From assembly GCA_041859095.1 (NCBI GenBank), contig JBHEKY010000006.1:7838-71837 (forward strand): a stretch of DNA of 64,000 nucleotides. The letters run 5' to 3'. Below are positions 45,442 to 54,398 of the stretch, one piece after another. This stretch comes from Anaerovoracaceae bacterium (GTDB taxonomy: Bacteria; Bacillota; Clostridia; Peptostreptococcales; Anaerovoracaceae). The stretch's first letter is position 1. Each line of letters starts with the position of its first letter. The position numbers were made by a program, and so were the translations under genes. Under the pieces are notes generated by a model that was given only the letters and a program-made list of their open reading frames with translations, searched no databases and was not told the DNA's origin.

Positions 45442-45473
45442 AAAAAAAACAGGTGCAAATTAATTTGCACCTG
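45442..45473 (-). terminator. Rho-independent terminator (perfect 24-bp palindrome + T8)
   Basis: On the minus strand, CAGGTGCAAATTAATTTGCACCTG is followed by TTTTTTTT, downstream of the membrane-protein gene ending at 45490. Confidence 0.65.
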
Positions 45474-45489
45474 GATCGCGTCCTTATTC

Positions 45490-46098
45490 CTATTGAACCT
45501 CTTGCTCACCTTTGGCGTGAATCCGGTAAACCTGCACAACCAGCACAGCGCCGACAATCAATAGGGGCATTCCTGCGGCTGGTACGACGTACGTCAGTGC
45601 CGATAACCCCTCGTTAACCAGCAATACCGCTACCATTTGCATCATCAGATATAGTATGGCAAAGGTCAGGAAAATGGCCCAAAGATATGCCAATCGGTTT
45701 GCCTCACCCTCTTTGCCGTCGAGCCGAATTCTGTCGCTTAACCCCAAAAGAACCAGTCCGGTCAGAAACAGAAACAGGACATCTCCTGTCACAACCAGGC
45801 AAATCGCTAAAATGGCCATCCATTCCGTGATTCCCGACAACGAGAGTGCTTGGATTGCGCCCATGCCTACGCTTGCGAATAATGCAAGCCCGGCAACGGC
45901 TGCCGCTTTTTTGAAGTATCGATGTTGATCTGAGATTTGCCGAATCCAGAATAGCATCAGACTAAAACCCAATATTTCCGCGCCAATCACGGCAAATGGC
46001 ACCCACAAACCTGTGTCAAGGGGGCTTAAAAAATATGTGGTTAATGCCAAAATCCATCCAGCAAAAAAAAGTCCAATCTCTCTTATCCCTTGCTTCAT
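45490..46098 (-). CDS. Polytopic membrane protein of unknown function
   Basis: About 202 aa with 6 predicted hydrophobic helices. The start is taken at ATG 46098. The stop is TAG. Confidence 0.5.
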   Translation of the reverse strand: MKQGIREIGLFFAGWILALTTYFLSPLDTGLWVPFAVIGAEILGFSLMLFWIRQISDQHRYFKKAAAVAGLALFASVGMGAIQALSLSGITEWMAILAICLVVTGDVLFLFLTGLVLLGLSDRIRLDGKEGEANRLAYLWAIFLTFAILYLMMQMVAVLLVNEGLSALTYVVPAAGMPLLIVGAVLVVQVYRIHAKGEQEVQ

Positions 46099-46105
46099 TT
46101 GCCCC

Positions 46106-46732
46106 TTACCTCTTTTTTTGGAGTGCAAGAGCGCTCTTGTTGATGTACCTGCACCAGTATAGCTCGGTTCCTATTACGATAAGAATCACCAAGCCGGCCA
46201 AAACCTTTTCGATAATGCTCGGAAACAAAGTTGCGAGTGGAATAAAAAGTGTTCCCGCAAAGATGATAATCAAGCCTACCAACCATACGGTTTTCCATTC
46301 CATAGGTGCACTTTTGTCAGACTTGTCGGCGACAAGTCCGTCGATTCCCTTCATCATCATTCTGTAAAGAGCTACCATGCCCAACAGTGCAATATATCCA
46401 AAGAACATCACATCAAACTGAATAAACGTTTGTTCCTCCATGTTATTCAAGAAGTTTTTTATTCCCAAGCCAGTCTGTGCAAAAAGCGCTACAATGCTGA
46501 TGATGGATACAATAAATGCATATTCGAACTCGGGTCTTTCTTTTCTCAACATTAACGTGCCCCATAGAATCGACAGCCAGGATACTATCAATCCTGCCAA
46601 CGCCACAAATTCCAATTTGTTGTCAGCGCCAAACGTACGTGAAGCTGCAATTGCGGCATAAACAAGTGCCATCAGGACAAGTCCCAGTAGGATTGGCTTT
46701 CGTTCATGCAATATTTCTCGTTTTTTACTCAC
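46106..46732 (-). CDS. Polytopic membrane protein of unknown function
   Basis: About 208 aa starting from GTG 46732 (GGAGGA 6 nt upstream), with multiple hydrophobic helices. The track ORF is N-extended to a TTG at 46855. Confidence 0.5.
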   Translation of the reverse strand: MSKKREILHERKPILLGLVLMALVYAAIAASRTFGADNKLEFVALAGLIVSWLSILWGTLMLRKERPEFEYAFIVSIISIVALFAQTGLGIKNFLNNMEEQTFIQFDVMFFGYIALLGMVALYRMMMKGIDGLVADKSDKSAPMEWKTVWLVGLIIIFAGTLFIPLATLFPSIIEKVLAGLVILIVIGTELYWCRYINKSALALQKKR

Positions 46733-46848
46733 GTTTTTTCCTCCGTATAAAACAATTTCCCAATGTTGAATTATCTCATATGTCGTCCGGTTTTTCAAGT
46801 AGTTCCATGTCGAACGCCATATATCAATGAATTCGAAGGTAAAATTCG

Positions 46849-46892
46849 TTGACAAAACAATATATTTCTTGTATCGTTAATTAACGATACAA
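46849..46892 (+). promoter_or_regulatory. Promoter with a 24-bp perfect palindromic operator upstream of the ArsR-family gene
   Basis: TTGACA (46849-46854), a 17-nt spacer, TATCGT. The perfect palindrome TTGTATCGTTAATTAACGATACAA (46869-46892) overlaps the -10. Confidence 0.5.
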
Positions 46893-46922
46893 ATATGCAG
46901 TCATGACATGAAGGAGACTAAT

Positions 46923-47237
46923 ATGCGACTACGAAAGCAAACCGATACCCTGGCAGAAACCGATATAGAATTGATGGCTAAGGTCTCTGACGCCCTTGCA
47001 CATCCGGCACGAATTAGAATATTCCGCTTCATTATGAAGTGTAACAAGGATAGGATTTTGGTCTGTAACAAAGATGTGGTCCAAGAATTCGACTACGCTC
47101 AAGCCACCATTTCCCAGCATTTGAAAACACTGGTCAGCTCTGGACTGGTGGAAGCCCAAAAAAAAGAGAAGTACACCTATTATTTTGTCAACATTGGTGT
47201 ACTGATGAACTATCTGGACATCACAAGAAAACTATAG
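46923..47237 (+). CDS. ArsR/SmtB-family winged-helix transcriptional regulator
   Basis: LAHPARIRIFRFI......C..D......Y.QATISQHLKTLVSSGLV fits the ArsR HTH pattern. ATG 46923 has AAGGAG 6 nt upstream. Confidence 0.75.
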   Translation: MRLRKQTDTLAETDIELMAKVSDALAHPARIRIFRFIMKCNKDRILVCNKDVVQEFDYAQATISQHLKTLVSSGLVEAQKKEKYTYYFVNIGVLMNYLDITRKL

Positions 47238-47687
47238 CTATTTATGGTATCTCTCGTTGCGGCTGATTTTGAAGCTACGATAGATTTGTTCCAGCAGGAT
47301 GACCCGCATCATTTGATGTGGAAATGTCATCTTTGAAAACGAAAGACTACGGTCTGCACGGTTCAATACGGCGGGTGACAATCCCATGGAACCCCCGATT
47401 ATAAATAAAATATTGCTTTTGCCCGAAAGGGCAAGGGCATCCAGATCCGATGACAGCTCCTGCGAGCTTTTGGCAGCACCCTGTATTTCCAAGGTAATCA
47501 CCACCTCATCGGGTTTTATTTTTTTGCAGATTCTCTCTCCCTCTTCCATTACATCTTCAGCCGGACTTTCCCGAACCTCTTCAATCGAAAGCGTGCAGTA
47601 TGCGCTTAGGCGTTTACTGTATTCTGCGACTGCGTCTTTCCAATATTTTTCTTTGAGTGTGCCAACGCACAAAATCCGAATATTCAC
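47238..47687 (-). CDS. rlmH: 23S rRNA (pseudouridine1915-N3)-methyltransferase RlmH (SPOUT)
   Basis: VNIRILCVGTLKEKYW...YSKRL......IEE....... and C-terminal FIIGGS.G....V..RAD..LSFS.MTFPHQ..R..L.EQIYR match RlmH. GTG start at 47687. Confidence 0.85.
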   Translation of the reverse strand: MNIRILCVGTLKEKYWKDAVAEYSKRLSAYCTLSIEEVRESPAEDVMEEGERICKKIKPDEVVITLEIQGAAKSSQELSSDLDALALSGKSNILFIIGGSMGLSPAVLNRADRSLSFSKMTFPHQMMRVILLEQIYRSFKISRNERYHK

Positions 47688-47731
47688 GGGGCTCCAATCA
47701 ATACAAACCACAAGGGTTTGCTAGTGTTTTA

Positions 47732-48526
47732 CTACAAAATATAGATATCGCTTATTTTTTCTCGCGTTATGACATCAATGCAGAAATCTCCACCGGCATA
47801 AATCCCAGCGGTTTCCAGGATGTTTGTAATGGTAATCCTTGCAATTTCAGGGGTATTGTTCTCATGACTCAGGTGCGACAGAAGAATCTGTCTTTTTTTG
47901 GAGTTTTCTCTTGCCAACCTGCAAATACAATCACCTGCAGCCTCGTTTGACAAGTGACCGATATCGCTTAAAATCCGTCGCTTGATATGGTAGGGATAGC
48001 GGCAGAATTGTAGCACATCCTTATCATGGTTCGCTTCTAGGGCAACCAGATCGGCATTTTTGATTTCCTCAAAGATATCTTCTGTCACACAGCCGGTATC
48101 CGTCAGGACGCTGATTTGTTTGCCTTCGGCAAAGAAAGAATAGCCTACAGGTTCAGAAGCGTCATGAGAAATCCGAAAAGGTTTTACAGTAATTTCGCCG
48201 ATATCAAAGGGCTTGCCGCTTTCGAATGTGACCTGCCGGTCTTCCGGCATTAATTCCGAAATATGGGGCCAGGTACCGATGTTGCAGTAGGTGGTTGCAT
48301 TCATCAACTTTTTTGATGATACTTTGAGACTTTTGATGTGGTCGCTGTGCTCGTGGGTAATTAGAATGCCTCGAACCTGTTCTGGCGCAACGCCAGAGGC
48401 TTCAAGCCCCAGCATGATCTTTTTGCCACTGATGCCAACATCTACCAGCAGTACCGTTTCTTCGCATTGTATCATGTAACAGTTCCCGCTGCTTCCGCTG
48501 GCAAAGGAACAAAATTTCAAACTCAT
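47732..48526 (-). CDS. MBL-fold metallo-hydrolase (YycJ/WalJ-like)
   Basis: HxHxDH motif (ITHEHSDHI). 264 aa. SGSSGN near the N-terminus, as in YycJ-type proteins. Confidence 0.8.
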   Translation of the reverse strand: MSLKFCSFASGSSGNCYMIQCEETVLLVDVGISGKKIMLGLEASGVAPEQVRGILITHEHSDHIKSLKVSSKKLMNATTYCNIGTWPHISELMPEDRQVTFESGKPFDIGEITVKPFRISHDASEPVGYSFFAEGKQISVLTDTGCVTEDIFEEIKNADLVALEANHDKDVLQFCRYPYHIKRRILSDIGHLSNEAAGDCICRLARENSKKRQILLSHLSHENNTPEIARITITNILETAGIYAGGDFCIDVITREKISDIYIL

Positions 48527-48646
48527 TAATTCACTCCGTTCTGTACTCGTTTATTATAAACCATCTACCTCCGTGTTGGTACAAATTATTGGTTTCATGT
48601 TATAATAATTGGCATAGCAACCACAATCGACACGGAGGATTGATTC

Positions 48647-49210
48647 ATGACCATTCTAAAGATTTATACTGACGGTGCTTGTTCAGGCAACCAGCACGAC
48701 GAGAACATCGGAGGCTGGGGTGCTGTTTTGACTTTTGGCAGTCACGAAAAAGAACTGTGGGGCGGGCAGCAGAATACCACCAATAACCGAATGGAAATGA
48801 CTGCATTGCTGGAAGCATTCAAAGCGCTGAATCGGGACAACCAATGTATCGAAATCTACTCGGACAGCGCCTATTTAATGGATTGCTTCCGAAAGAAATG
48901 GTATGTAAAATGGCTGGCCAATGGATGGATTAACGCAAAAAAAGAACCGGTTGAAAACCGAGATCTGTGGGAAAGGCTTCTGCCTTTTTTGCAAACCCAT
49001 GATATCCGATTTTTTCGGGTCAAAGGCCATGTGAACCTGGCCTCCAAAATCACCAACAAAGAAAAACTATTTGAGCAGTTTATCGCTTGGAATGGAAATG
49101 ACTTCCGATTTGAAGATTTTCTTTTGGTCACTGCTATGAATCATCGTGCAGACGCCTTGGCCAATCGAGGCATCGATGAGATTCGCGGCAACCCTTCAAA
49201 AAATAGATAG
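48647..49210 (+). CDS. rnhA: Ribonuclease HI
   Basis: IYTDGAC.GN.....GGWG.VL......KEL.G....TTNNRMEMTA..EA...L.......I.IYSDS.Y...........W..NGW.....EPV.N.DLW is the RNase H catalytic DEDD pattern. Confidence 0.85.
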   Translation: MTILKIYTDGACSGNQHDENIGGWGAVLTFGSHEKELWGGQQNTTNNRMEMTALLEAFKALNRDNQCIEIYSDSAYLMDCFRKKWYVKWLANGWINAKKEPVENRDLWERLLPFLQTHDIRFFRVKGHVNLASKITNKEKLFEQFIAWNGNDFRFEDFLLVTAMNHRADALANRGIDEIRGNPSKNR

Positions 49211-49256
49211 TGCCAATGGTGGAGTACTGTCACACACTTTTTCCCACCACTGGCAC
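49210..49256 (+). terminator. Long-loop hairpin after rnhA (weak terminator candidate)
   Basis: GTGCCAATGGTGG ... CCACCACTGGCAC (13-bp arms, one mismatch, 21-nt loop) followed by TTGTTCTG. Confidence 0.3.
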
Positions 49257-49425
49257 TTGTTCTGAATCACCAAAACATTTTACTTAATATATTTCATCCC
49301 CTATTTAGCTTCCATAATTGCGTAAATTTCTACAGTGATCCAGAGAATTCTGAGTTGCGAAATGAGAAAATCAACGTCGATTTTCTAACAAGAAATTGTT
49401 ATCACATCTCAGTCCGTATTGTATC

Positions 49426-49500
49426 AAAAAAAAACGAGTTCCGACGCTAGATGGCGAAACTCGTATGTCTAGATGGTGAAACTCGTAGTTTTTTGTTTTT
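49426..49500. terminator. Bidirectional terminator containing a 22-nt tandem duplication
   Basis: A9-ACGAGTT ... AACTCGT ... AACTCGT-AGTTTTTTGTTTTTTT. The direct repeats are CTAGATGGCGAAACTCGTA (49447-49465) and CTAGATGGTGAAACTCGTA (49469-49487). It lies between the convergent rnhA and histidine kinase genes. Confidence 0.45.
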
Positions 49501-50826
49501 TTAGAGGTTCGAATGCACATTACTGTTCGCTTGATTGTATAGTAATATGGTGACATCAAAGACGCCGTTCTTGGTCTCAACATCCATTGTACCGTCATAA
49601 ATCGATACGGCAGACTGGACACTTCTCAGCCCAATTCCCCGGAGTTTTTCGTTTCCTTTTGTGGAAAGGAATTCTCCCTTCTGACGATTCAGAGGTCCGT
49701 CGTAATGATTCTGCACCTTGATGAACAGCATGGATCGGTCCAACACCATGTCAAACCTGATTCTTTTGTCCTCTACTTCTTTGCACCCTTCAATGGCATT
49801 ATCAAACAAATTCCCAATAATCACATTCAGGTCAAAAGCCTGAATATTTAATTTGTCTGGGATATGTATTTCCACCTTGACCTGCGCACCCGACCGGATG
49901 GCTTCTTCTATCTTATAATTGAGGATACTGTCCACATAATGGTTTCCCGTATCCACATGGACGGTTTCTGTCTCGATATTCGCGTTGATTTTTTTCATAT
50001 ATTCAAACAGCTCCTGGCGATCACCGATGGCAACCAGGCTATTCATTGTCATCATGTGGTTTTTCATATCGTGCCGGATCATTCGAATGCTTTGCTGACT
50101 TTGTTGAATCAGCTCAAATTGTCTGGAATATGCTTCGTTTTGCTGGATCAAGAGTTGCTTCTCGTTTTCCTCAACATAGTATCTGCCCAATGCATCATAT
50201 AAATAGAACGCGATGAAGTTTATGGAAAGCAGGAAAAGCAATGCTACCACAACCCAGTTAAAACTGGTCAGCGGCATTCCAAGCACCAGACTGATGAATA
50301 CGCTGGCAACGGGAATAAACATCAAGGGCAGCCAACTTTTTGATTTAATCTCCCGATCAAGACTGGTGGCTTTGGCGCGCTCAAGAAGCATAACAACTAA
50401 GAGAAGAATCAGGGATCCGATAATCAACACCAGATTCGCCATGTCACCATCAAAATCAAGCGACAACAGGAATATATATACTAAGATTTCAACACAAAGC
50501 GCCGGTGCATAAATCAGTAGTGTCGCCAGTACTTTTGTGGAGAGTCTGCTTTTGTATAAAAAGGTAATGACAAATATGGAAAAGATGTTTGTAAGCATTG
50601 TTACAATTAGAATATTGAATGCCAAATAGGTCGTCGAATTGATTAGAAAATACAAAAAAAATGCTACCATCTCACGAGTCTTGCTAACTCCTGAACGATC
50701 GAAAAAAATCCCCACAAACCGGTAGGCGACATAAATTCGAAACAGGTTGTTCAAAATAAACAACGTTCCGGCAGGGCTAAGCAGTTCTGTTGAGAATGGT
50801 CCATGAAGGGTGAATAGGTCAAACAT
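49501..50826 (-). CDS. Membrane sensor histidine kinase of the AgrC/LytS-like (HPK10, GHKL) type
   Basis: About six N-terminal TM helices, an H-box-like region (RMIRHDMKNHM) and a GHKL ATPase (N-box NLFDNAIEG, G-box GIGLRSV). The start is ATG 50826, overlapping the regulator stop by 8 nt. Confidence 0.75.
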   Translation of the reverse strand: MFDLFTLHGPFSTELLSPAGTLFILNNLFRIYVAYRFVGIFFDRSGVSKTREMVAFFLYFLINSTTYLAFNILIVTMLTNIFSIFVITFLYKSRLSTKVLATLLIYAPALCVEILVYIFLLSLDFDGDMANLVLIIGSLILLLVVMLLERAKATSLDREIKSKSWLPLMFIPVASVFISLVLGMPLTSFNWVVVALLFLLSINFIAFYLYDALGRYYVEENEKQLLIQQNEAYSRQFELIQQSQQSIRMIRHDMKNHMMTMNSLVAIGDRQELFEYMKKINANIETETVHVDTGNHYVDSILNYKIEEAIRSGAQVKVEIHIPDKLNIQAFDLNVIIGNLFDNAIEGCKEVEDKRIRFDMVLDRSMLFIKVQNHYDGPLNRQKGEFLSTKGNEKLRGIGLRSVQSAVSIYDGTMDVETKNGVFDVTILLYNQANSNVHSNL

Positions 50827-51544
50827 GAAGATCCCCCTTTCTCCGTTGTACCATAAAATCCCGAACGCCTTTTCGGAACGTTTGAGTAATAGGCAAGCGC
50901 AACCCCGTAGATAAGATAATCTCATCGTACATTGCTTCGCGAATATACATATAATTCACTAAGAAGGATTTGTGAATCCACACAAAGTGGTTTCCTCCCA
51001 ATTGTTTTTCTACCAGAGACAATTTTCCGTAGAATTCTAGCGTATTGACAATGGTATGAATCAGAATTTTTTTGTTGTCGCTTTCGAAATACATGATTTC
51101 ATTGATCTTAACCCGGTATTGTCTTTTTCCGATTTGAAATTCGAAGTCTGATTGATTTCGTTCCCAAAGAGAAAGGGCCTTGAGGAGCGTCCGCTCCAGT
51201 GCCTCCTCCGCAACAGGCTTTGGTAGGAAATTCATCGGTCGGTTCTCAAACATTTGCATGGTGTGAGATTTACTGGAGGAAACATAAACAATCTGAAGGG
51301 ATTCATCCATATATTCTTCTCGAATTTTTCGGCTTGCCTCTATCCCATCCATTAATTTCATGCACACGTCAAGATAAAGCAAGTGAAAAGCCTCACCGGA
51401 TTCTAAGGTTTTGCACAGTTCCTCTCCTGAGAGAAACGCAACAATCTCTAAATCCAGCTTGTGTTTTTCCTTGAAACGGGTAAGCATCCGCTCCATATCA
51501 GCAACAATGGTGGGCTCATCGTCGCAAACTGCAATTCGAAACAT
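50819..51544 (-). CDS. LytTR-family two-component response regulator
   Basis: Receiver domain (IAVCDDE...YLDV) plus a C-terminal LytTR DNA-binding domain (I.YFES..KK..IHT...........L...E..L....F..IHKS.LVN). Confidence 0.85.
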   Translation of the reverse strand: MFRIAVCDDEPTIVADMERMLTRFKEKHKLDLEIVAFLSGEELCKTLESGEAFHLLYLDVCMKLMDGIEASRKIREEYMDESLQIVYVSSSKSHTMQMFENRPMNFLPKPVAEEALERTLLKALSLWERNQSDFEFQIGKRQYRVKINEIMYFESDNKKILIHTIVNTLEFYGKLSLVEKQLGGNHFVWIHKSFLVNYMYIREAMYDEIILSTGLRLPITQTFRKGVRDFMVQRRKGDLHV

Positions 51545-51558
51545 CCCTCTCCTCCAAT

Positions 51559-52311
51559 TTATAGGTACTTGGCCGCATCCCGTTCAAAGGTATACCGACC
51601 GTTCTCTCTTGATTTTTTGCCATCCTGAATGGCTTCTACGGGGCAAGTGTGAATGCAGGCCGTACACTGGGTGCAAGATTTACCCCAGACCGGCTTACCG
51701 TTTTTCATAGAAATTGTCTCAACCGGGCAAACCGCAACACATTTTCCACAGGAATTACAGGTGTCATCGACGGAGAACCCATCTGTCTTTAAGGCGAAGT
51801 GTACAAACGCGGTGCCAATAAGTCCTGTCTTAAACCCAGCAAGTTTTCCCTTATGGATGTCTTTGACTGATTTTTTTGCTAAAATTGCAGTACAGATATC
51901 TGGCAATTTGGCCTGTGCATTTCGCACACAACTCTCGATTCGCTGGGGGCTGTCCACCGGGTACCCTTTGATATAGTTGTTAGGCATTGCGACGGTGTAG
52001 CTGCTGTTTACCGGCACCTTTTCAGCGAAATGCGCCAACCCATTGCCCACGTCGGAACCACAGGTAGCCACTGCAAACACAAAGTTGCTTTCATCATACT
52101 TCATACCACAGGCGAAGTCATACATAATCTCGGGCACACGCCAGGCATGAATAGGAAAAACAAACCCGATGGTTTCCTCTTCAACCGGCTCATAATGGGG
52201 TGCGCCAATTTTTCGCAACACTGCGATATCCACCGCTTCGTCATTTGTTTGTCTGGCAATCTCTTGGGCTACCCATTTGGAGTTGCCTGTGCCGGAAAAG
52301 TAAAATATCAT
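51559..52311 (-). CDS. Flavodoxin-like + 2x[4Fe-4S] ferredoxin-domain protein (EFR1-type)
   Basis: MIFYFSGTGNSKWVA flavodoxin-like N-terminus. Two CxxCxxCxxxCP motifs (CNSCGKCVAVCP, CTQCTACIHTCP). Confidence 0.7.
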   Translation of the reverse strand: MIFYFSGTGNSKWVAQEIARQTNDEAVDIAVLRKIGAPHYEPVEEETIGFVFPIHAWRVPEIMYDFACGMKYDESNFVFAVATCGSDVGNGLAHFAEKVPVNSSYTVAMPNNYIKGYPVDSPQRIESCVRNAQAKLPDICTAILAKKSVKDIHKGKLAGFKTGLIGTAFVHFALKTDGFSVDDTCNSCGKCVAVCPVETISMKNGKPVWGKSCTQCTACIHTCPVEAIQDGKKSRENGRYTFERDAAKYL

Positions 52312-53018
52312 ATCTTATATCCTTTCATGTGTTCCTTGCTTACTTTGGAGACCCGATTGGACTCCCTTATTTTTTGTATTGTTTTGTTCTGGATTTCTTT
52401 TGTAAGGTCGCCTTTTGCTATTAAGGCTTCGGTTTTTTCGGGGAAACGGACATAGCAGGCTGACAGGGTCCAGCCTACAGCCATGGTCACATAATAGGCC
52501 GGGTGTTTTACCTTGGAGAGCTCAAAAAGCACTTCGTCAATGTGTTCTTCATCAATGAAATTTACCAACAGCATCACCACGCCAAATCGGATTTCAAATT
52601 CGGTGTCCCGCCTCACATATTGGAGAAAGAAATTCATCCAAGGAGTCGGATTTTTTTTGATGACAGATAGGGTTCCACAAGCGATATCGCAGACAGCCCA
52701 ATTATCGATTACCGGCACAAAGGCACGATACTCTTCCATCCTTTGTTCGTCGGAGATTTTTAATTTACTTAGAAGAATACCCCACATCAGCTTTTCTTCA
52801 TATAGGCAGTCTTTTTCCAAGGATTTTATATAGGAAAGAATCCTAGAGGGATCTGATTTGAGGAGCTCCGAGGCAAGCTTCCGCAATGCAGGAATTCGAA
52901 CGCCCAGCATTTTGCCCCGGTCAACCCCAGGGATTAAGTTAGCCGAGAAATTTTTGTATTCTTTGTCCTGCAATTCTTCCATTCGTCTACGGATTTCAAG
53001 GTGCATTTGCTGCTCCAT
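52308..53018 (-). CDS. DNA alkylation repair protein (AlkD-like HEAT-repeat family)
   Basis: 236 aa. The pattern ...YK.F...L.P......LGVR.P.LRKLA......-...W.I... is typical of the DNA_alkylation family. ATGA-type overlaps on both sides. Confidence 0.65.
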   Translation of the reverse strand: MEQQMHLEIRRRMEELQDKEYKNFSANLIPGVDRGKMLGVRIPALRKLASELLKSDPSRILSYIKSLEKDCLYEEKLMWGILLSKLKISDEQRMEEYRAFVPVIDNWAVCDIACGTLSVIKKNPTPWMNFFLQYVRRDTEFEIRFGVVMLLVNFIDEEHIDEVLFELSKVKHPAYYVTMAVGWTLSACYVRFPEKTEALIAKGDLTKEIQNKTIQKIRESNRVSKVSKEHMKGYKI

Positions 53019-53707
53019 TACTGGGTCACCTCCCCATTTCCGTCAATTGGGATTTCAGGGCCCAGATAGGTAGGCTTTGGTTGAAGTATGGACTGGAAGA
53101 CATCTTTTATCCGGGCAGCGATTTCCCTTAGGTCTCTGTAGTCCTGTCCTGCATATGTCTCTTGATTTGACGCAACGCCATGGACGTTCAATCCCAAAGC
53201 ACGACCAATTTGCAGTGCCCTGTATAAATGGTACTTCTGGGTCACCACCACCGCGGTTTCCACCAGGAAAACATCTCTGGCGCGATACATACTTTCGTAG
53301 GTTGAAAATCCAGCATAATCAAGGAAAATATCCTCAACAGGAACGCCAGCATCCAGTACATATTTTTGCATCACGACCACTTCGTTGTAGTTCACCTGGC
53401 CGTTGTCGCCGGAAAGCAAGATTTTTGGGGCGACCCTGGCTTCATATAGAGCGATGGCCACATCCAGCCGATCCTGTAGCATCTTGCTTGGGGTGTCTCC
53501 CCGGACAGCCGCTCCTAACACCAAGATGCAATCCGGTTTCAGATCTTGCAACTGACGAATGGCGGTTCTGTCCAAAGAAATATCCGACGAGTCCACCGTT
53601 GCAACGATGTCCTTCTCGCCGGATTTGATTACATAATAATTGGTGGCAGCTACCAAAGCTGCTACCATCAGCAACATTATTAAGATGATAAATAACACCT
53701 TTTTCAT
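53018..53707 (-). CDS. SanA/YdcF (DUF218) family protein
   Basis: N-terminal TM anchor. CILVLGA.V.....S..L.DRLD.A..LY......KILLSGD............M..Y....GVP.EDIFLD.AGFSTYES matches the DUF218/SanA pattern. Confidence 0.7.
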   Translation of the reverse strand: MKKVLFIILIMLLMVAALVAATNYYVIKSGEKDIVATVDSSDISLDRTAIRQLQDLKPDCILVLGAAVRGDTPSKMLQDRLDVAIALYEARVAPKILLSGDNGQVNYNEVVVMQKYVLDAGVPVEDIFLDYAGFSTYESMYRARDVFLVETAVVVTQKYHLYRALQIGRALGLNVHGVASNQETYAGQDYRDLREIAARIKDVFQSILQPKPTYLGPEIPIDGNGEVTQ

Positions 53708-53729
53708 GGCGGTATTATATCACATTTTT

Positions 53730-54398
53730 TTAGTCTATGACATGTCTTCCCGCCAGTTCATTTACAATTTCTTCGGGGCGGATACCGGTTTCAACCATCA
53801 TTACCATTAGGTGGTATGCCAGATCGGATACCTCGTAGATGATTTCTTCCCGCTTTTCTCGTGCTGCAGCAATCACCACTTCGGTACTTTCCTCGCCAAC
53901 TTTCTTGAGAATCTTTTCGATTCCTTTGTCGAAAAGGTAGTTGGTGTAGCTGCCTTCTTTGGGGGTTTCCTTTCGTCCACGAATCATCTCGTAGAGAGCG
54001 TCCACGGAAAATGCCGGAACGGTTTGGCTTTGATAGACCGGCTCAAAGAAACAGCTGGTGGCACCGGTGTGGCAGGCAGGCCCTTTTTTGATGACCTGGA
54101 TTACCAACGCGTCTTTGTCACAATCCGCGGTGATGTTGACCACTTCCTGGGTGTTACCACTGGTTTCTCCTTTTCGCCATAATTCCTGACGGCTTCGGCT
54201 AAAAAAGCAGGTGCGGCCTTCCCGCATGGTAATCTCAAGGCTTTCCCGGTTCATATACGCCACCGTTAGCACCTGCTTGGTGTAATAGTCTTGCACTACA
54301 ACCGGGATTAGTCCCTTTTCATCAAACTTCAAATCTATCATAACGTTTTTGTCCTCGCTTTCGTTTCTGCTTTCGTTTTCGCTTCGATTGGCGCTCAT
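53730..54398 (-). CDS. hisI: Bifunctional phosphoribosyl-AMP cyclohydrolase / phosphoribosyl-ATP pyrophosphatase
   Basis: GLIPVVVQD......VL.VAYMN.ESL..T...G...F.SRSR.ELW.KGETSGN.Q (HisI) followed by a HisE helical domain (KILKK.GEE..E..IAA). ATGA overlap with hisF. An acidic N-terminal extension is possible; an alternative ATG lies at 54341. Confidence 0.88.
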   Translation of the reverse strand: MSANRSENESRNESEDKNVMIDLKFDEKGLIPVVVQDYYTKQVLTVAYMNRESLEITMREGRTCFFSRSRQELWRKGETSGNTQEVVNITADCDKDALVIQVIKKGPACHTGATSCFFEPVYQSQTVPAFSVDALYEMIRGRKETPKEGSYTNYLFDKGIEKILKKVGEESTEVVIAAAREKREEIIYEVSDLAYHLMVMMVETGIRPEEIVNELAGRHVID

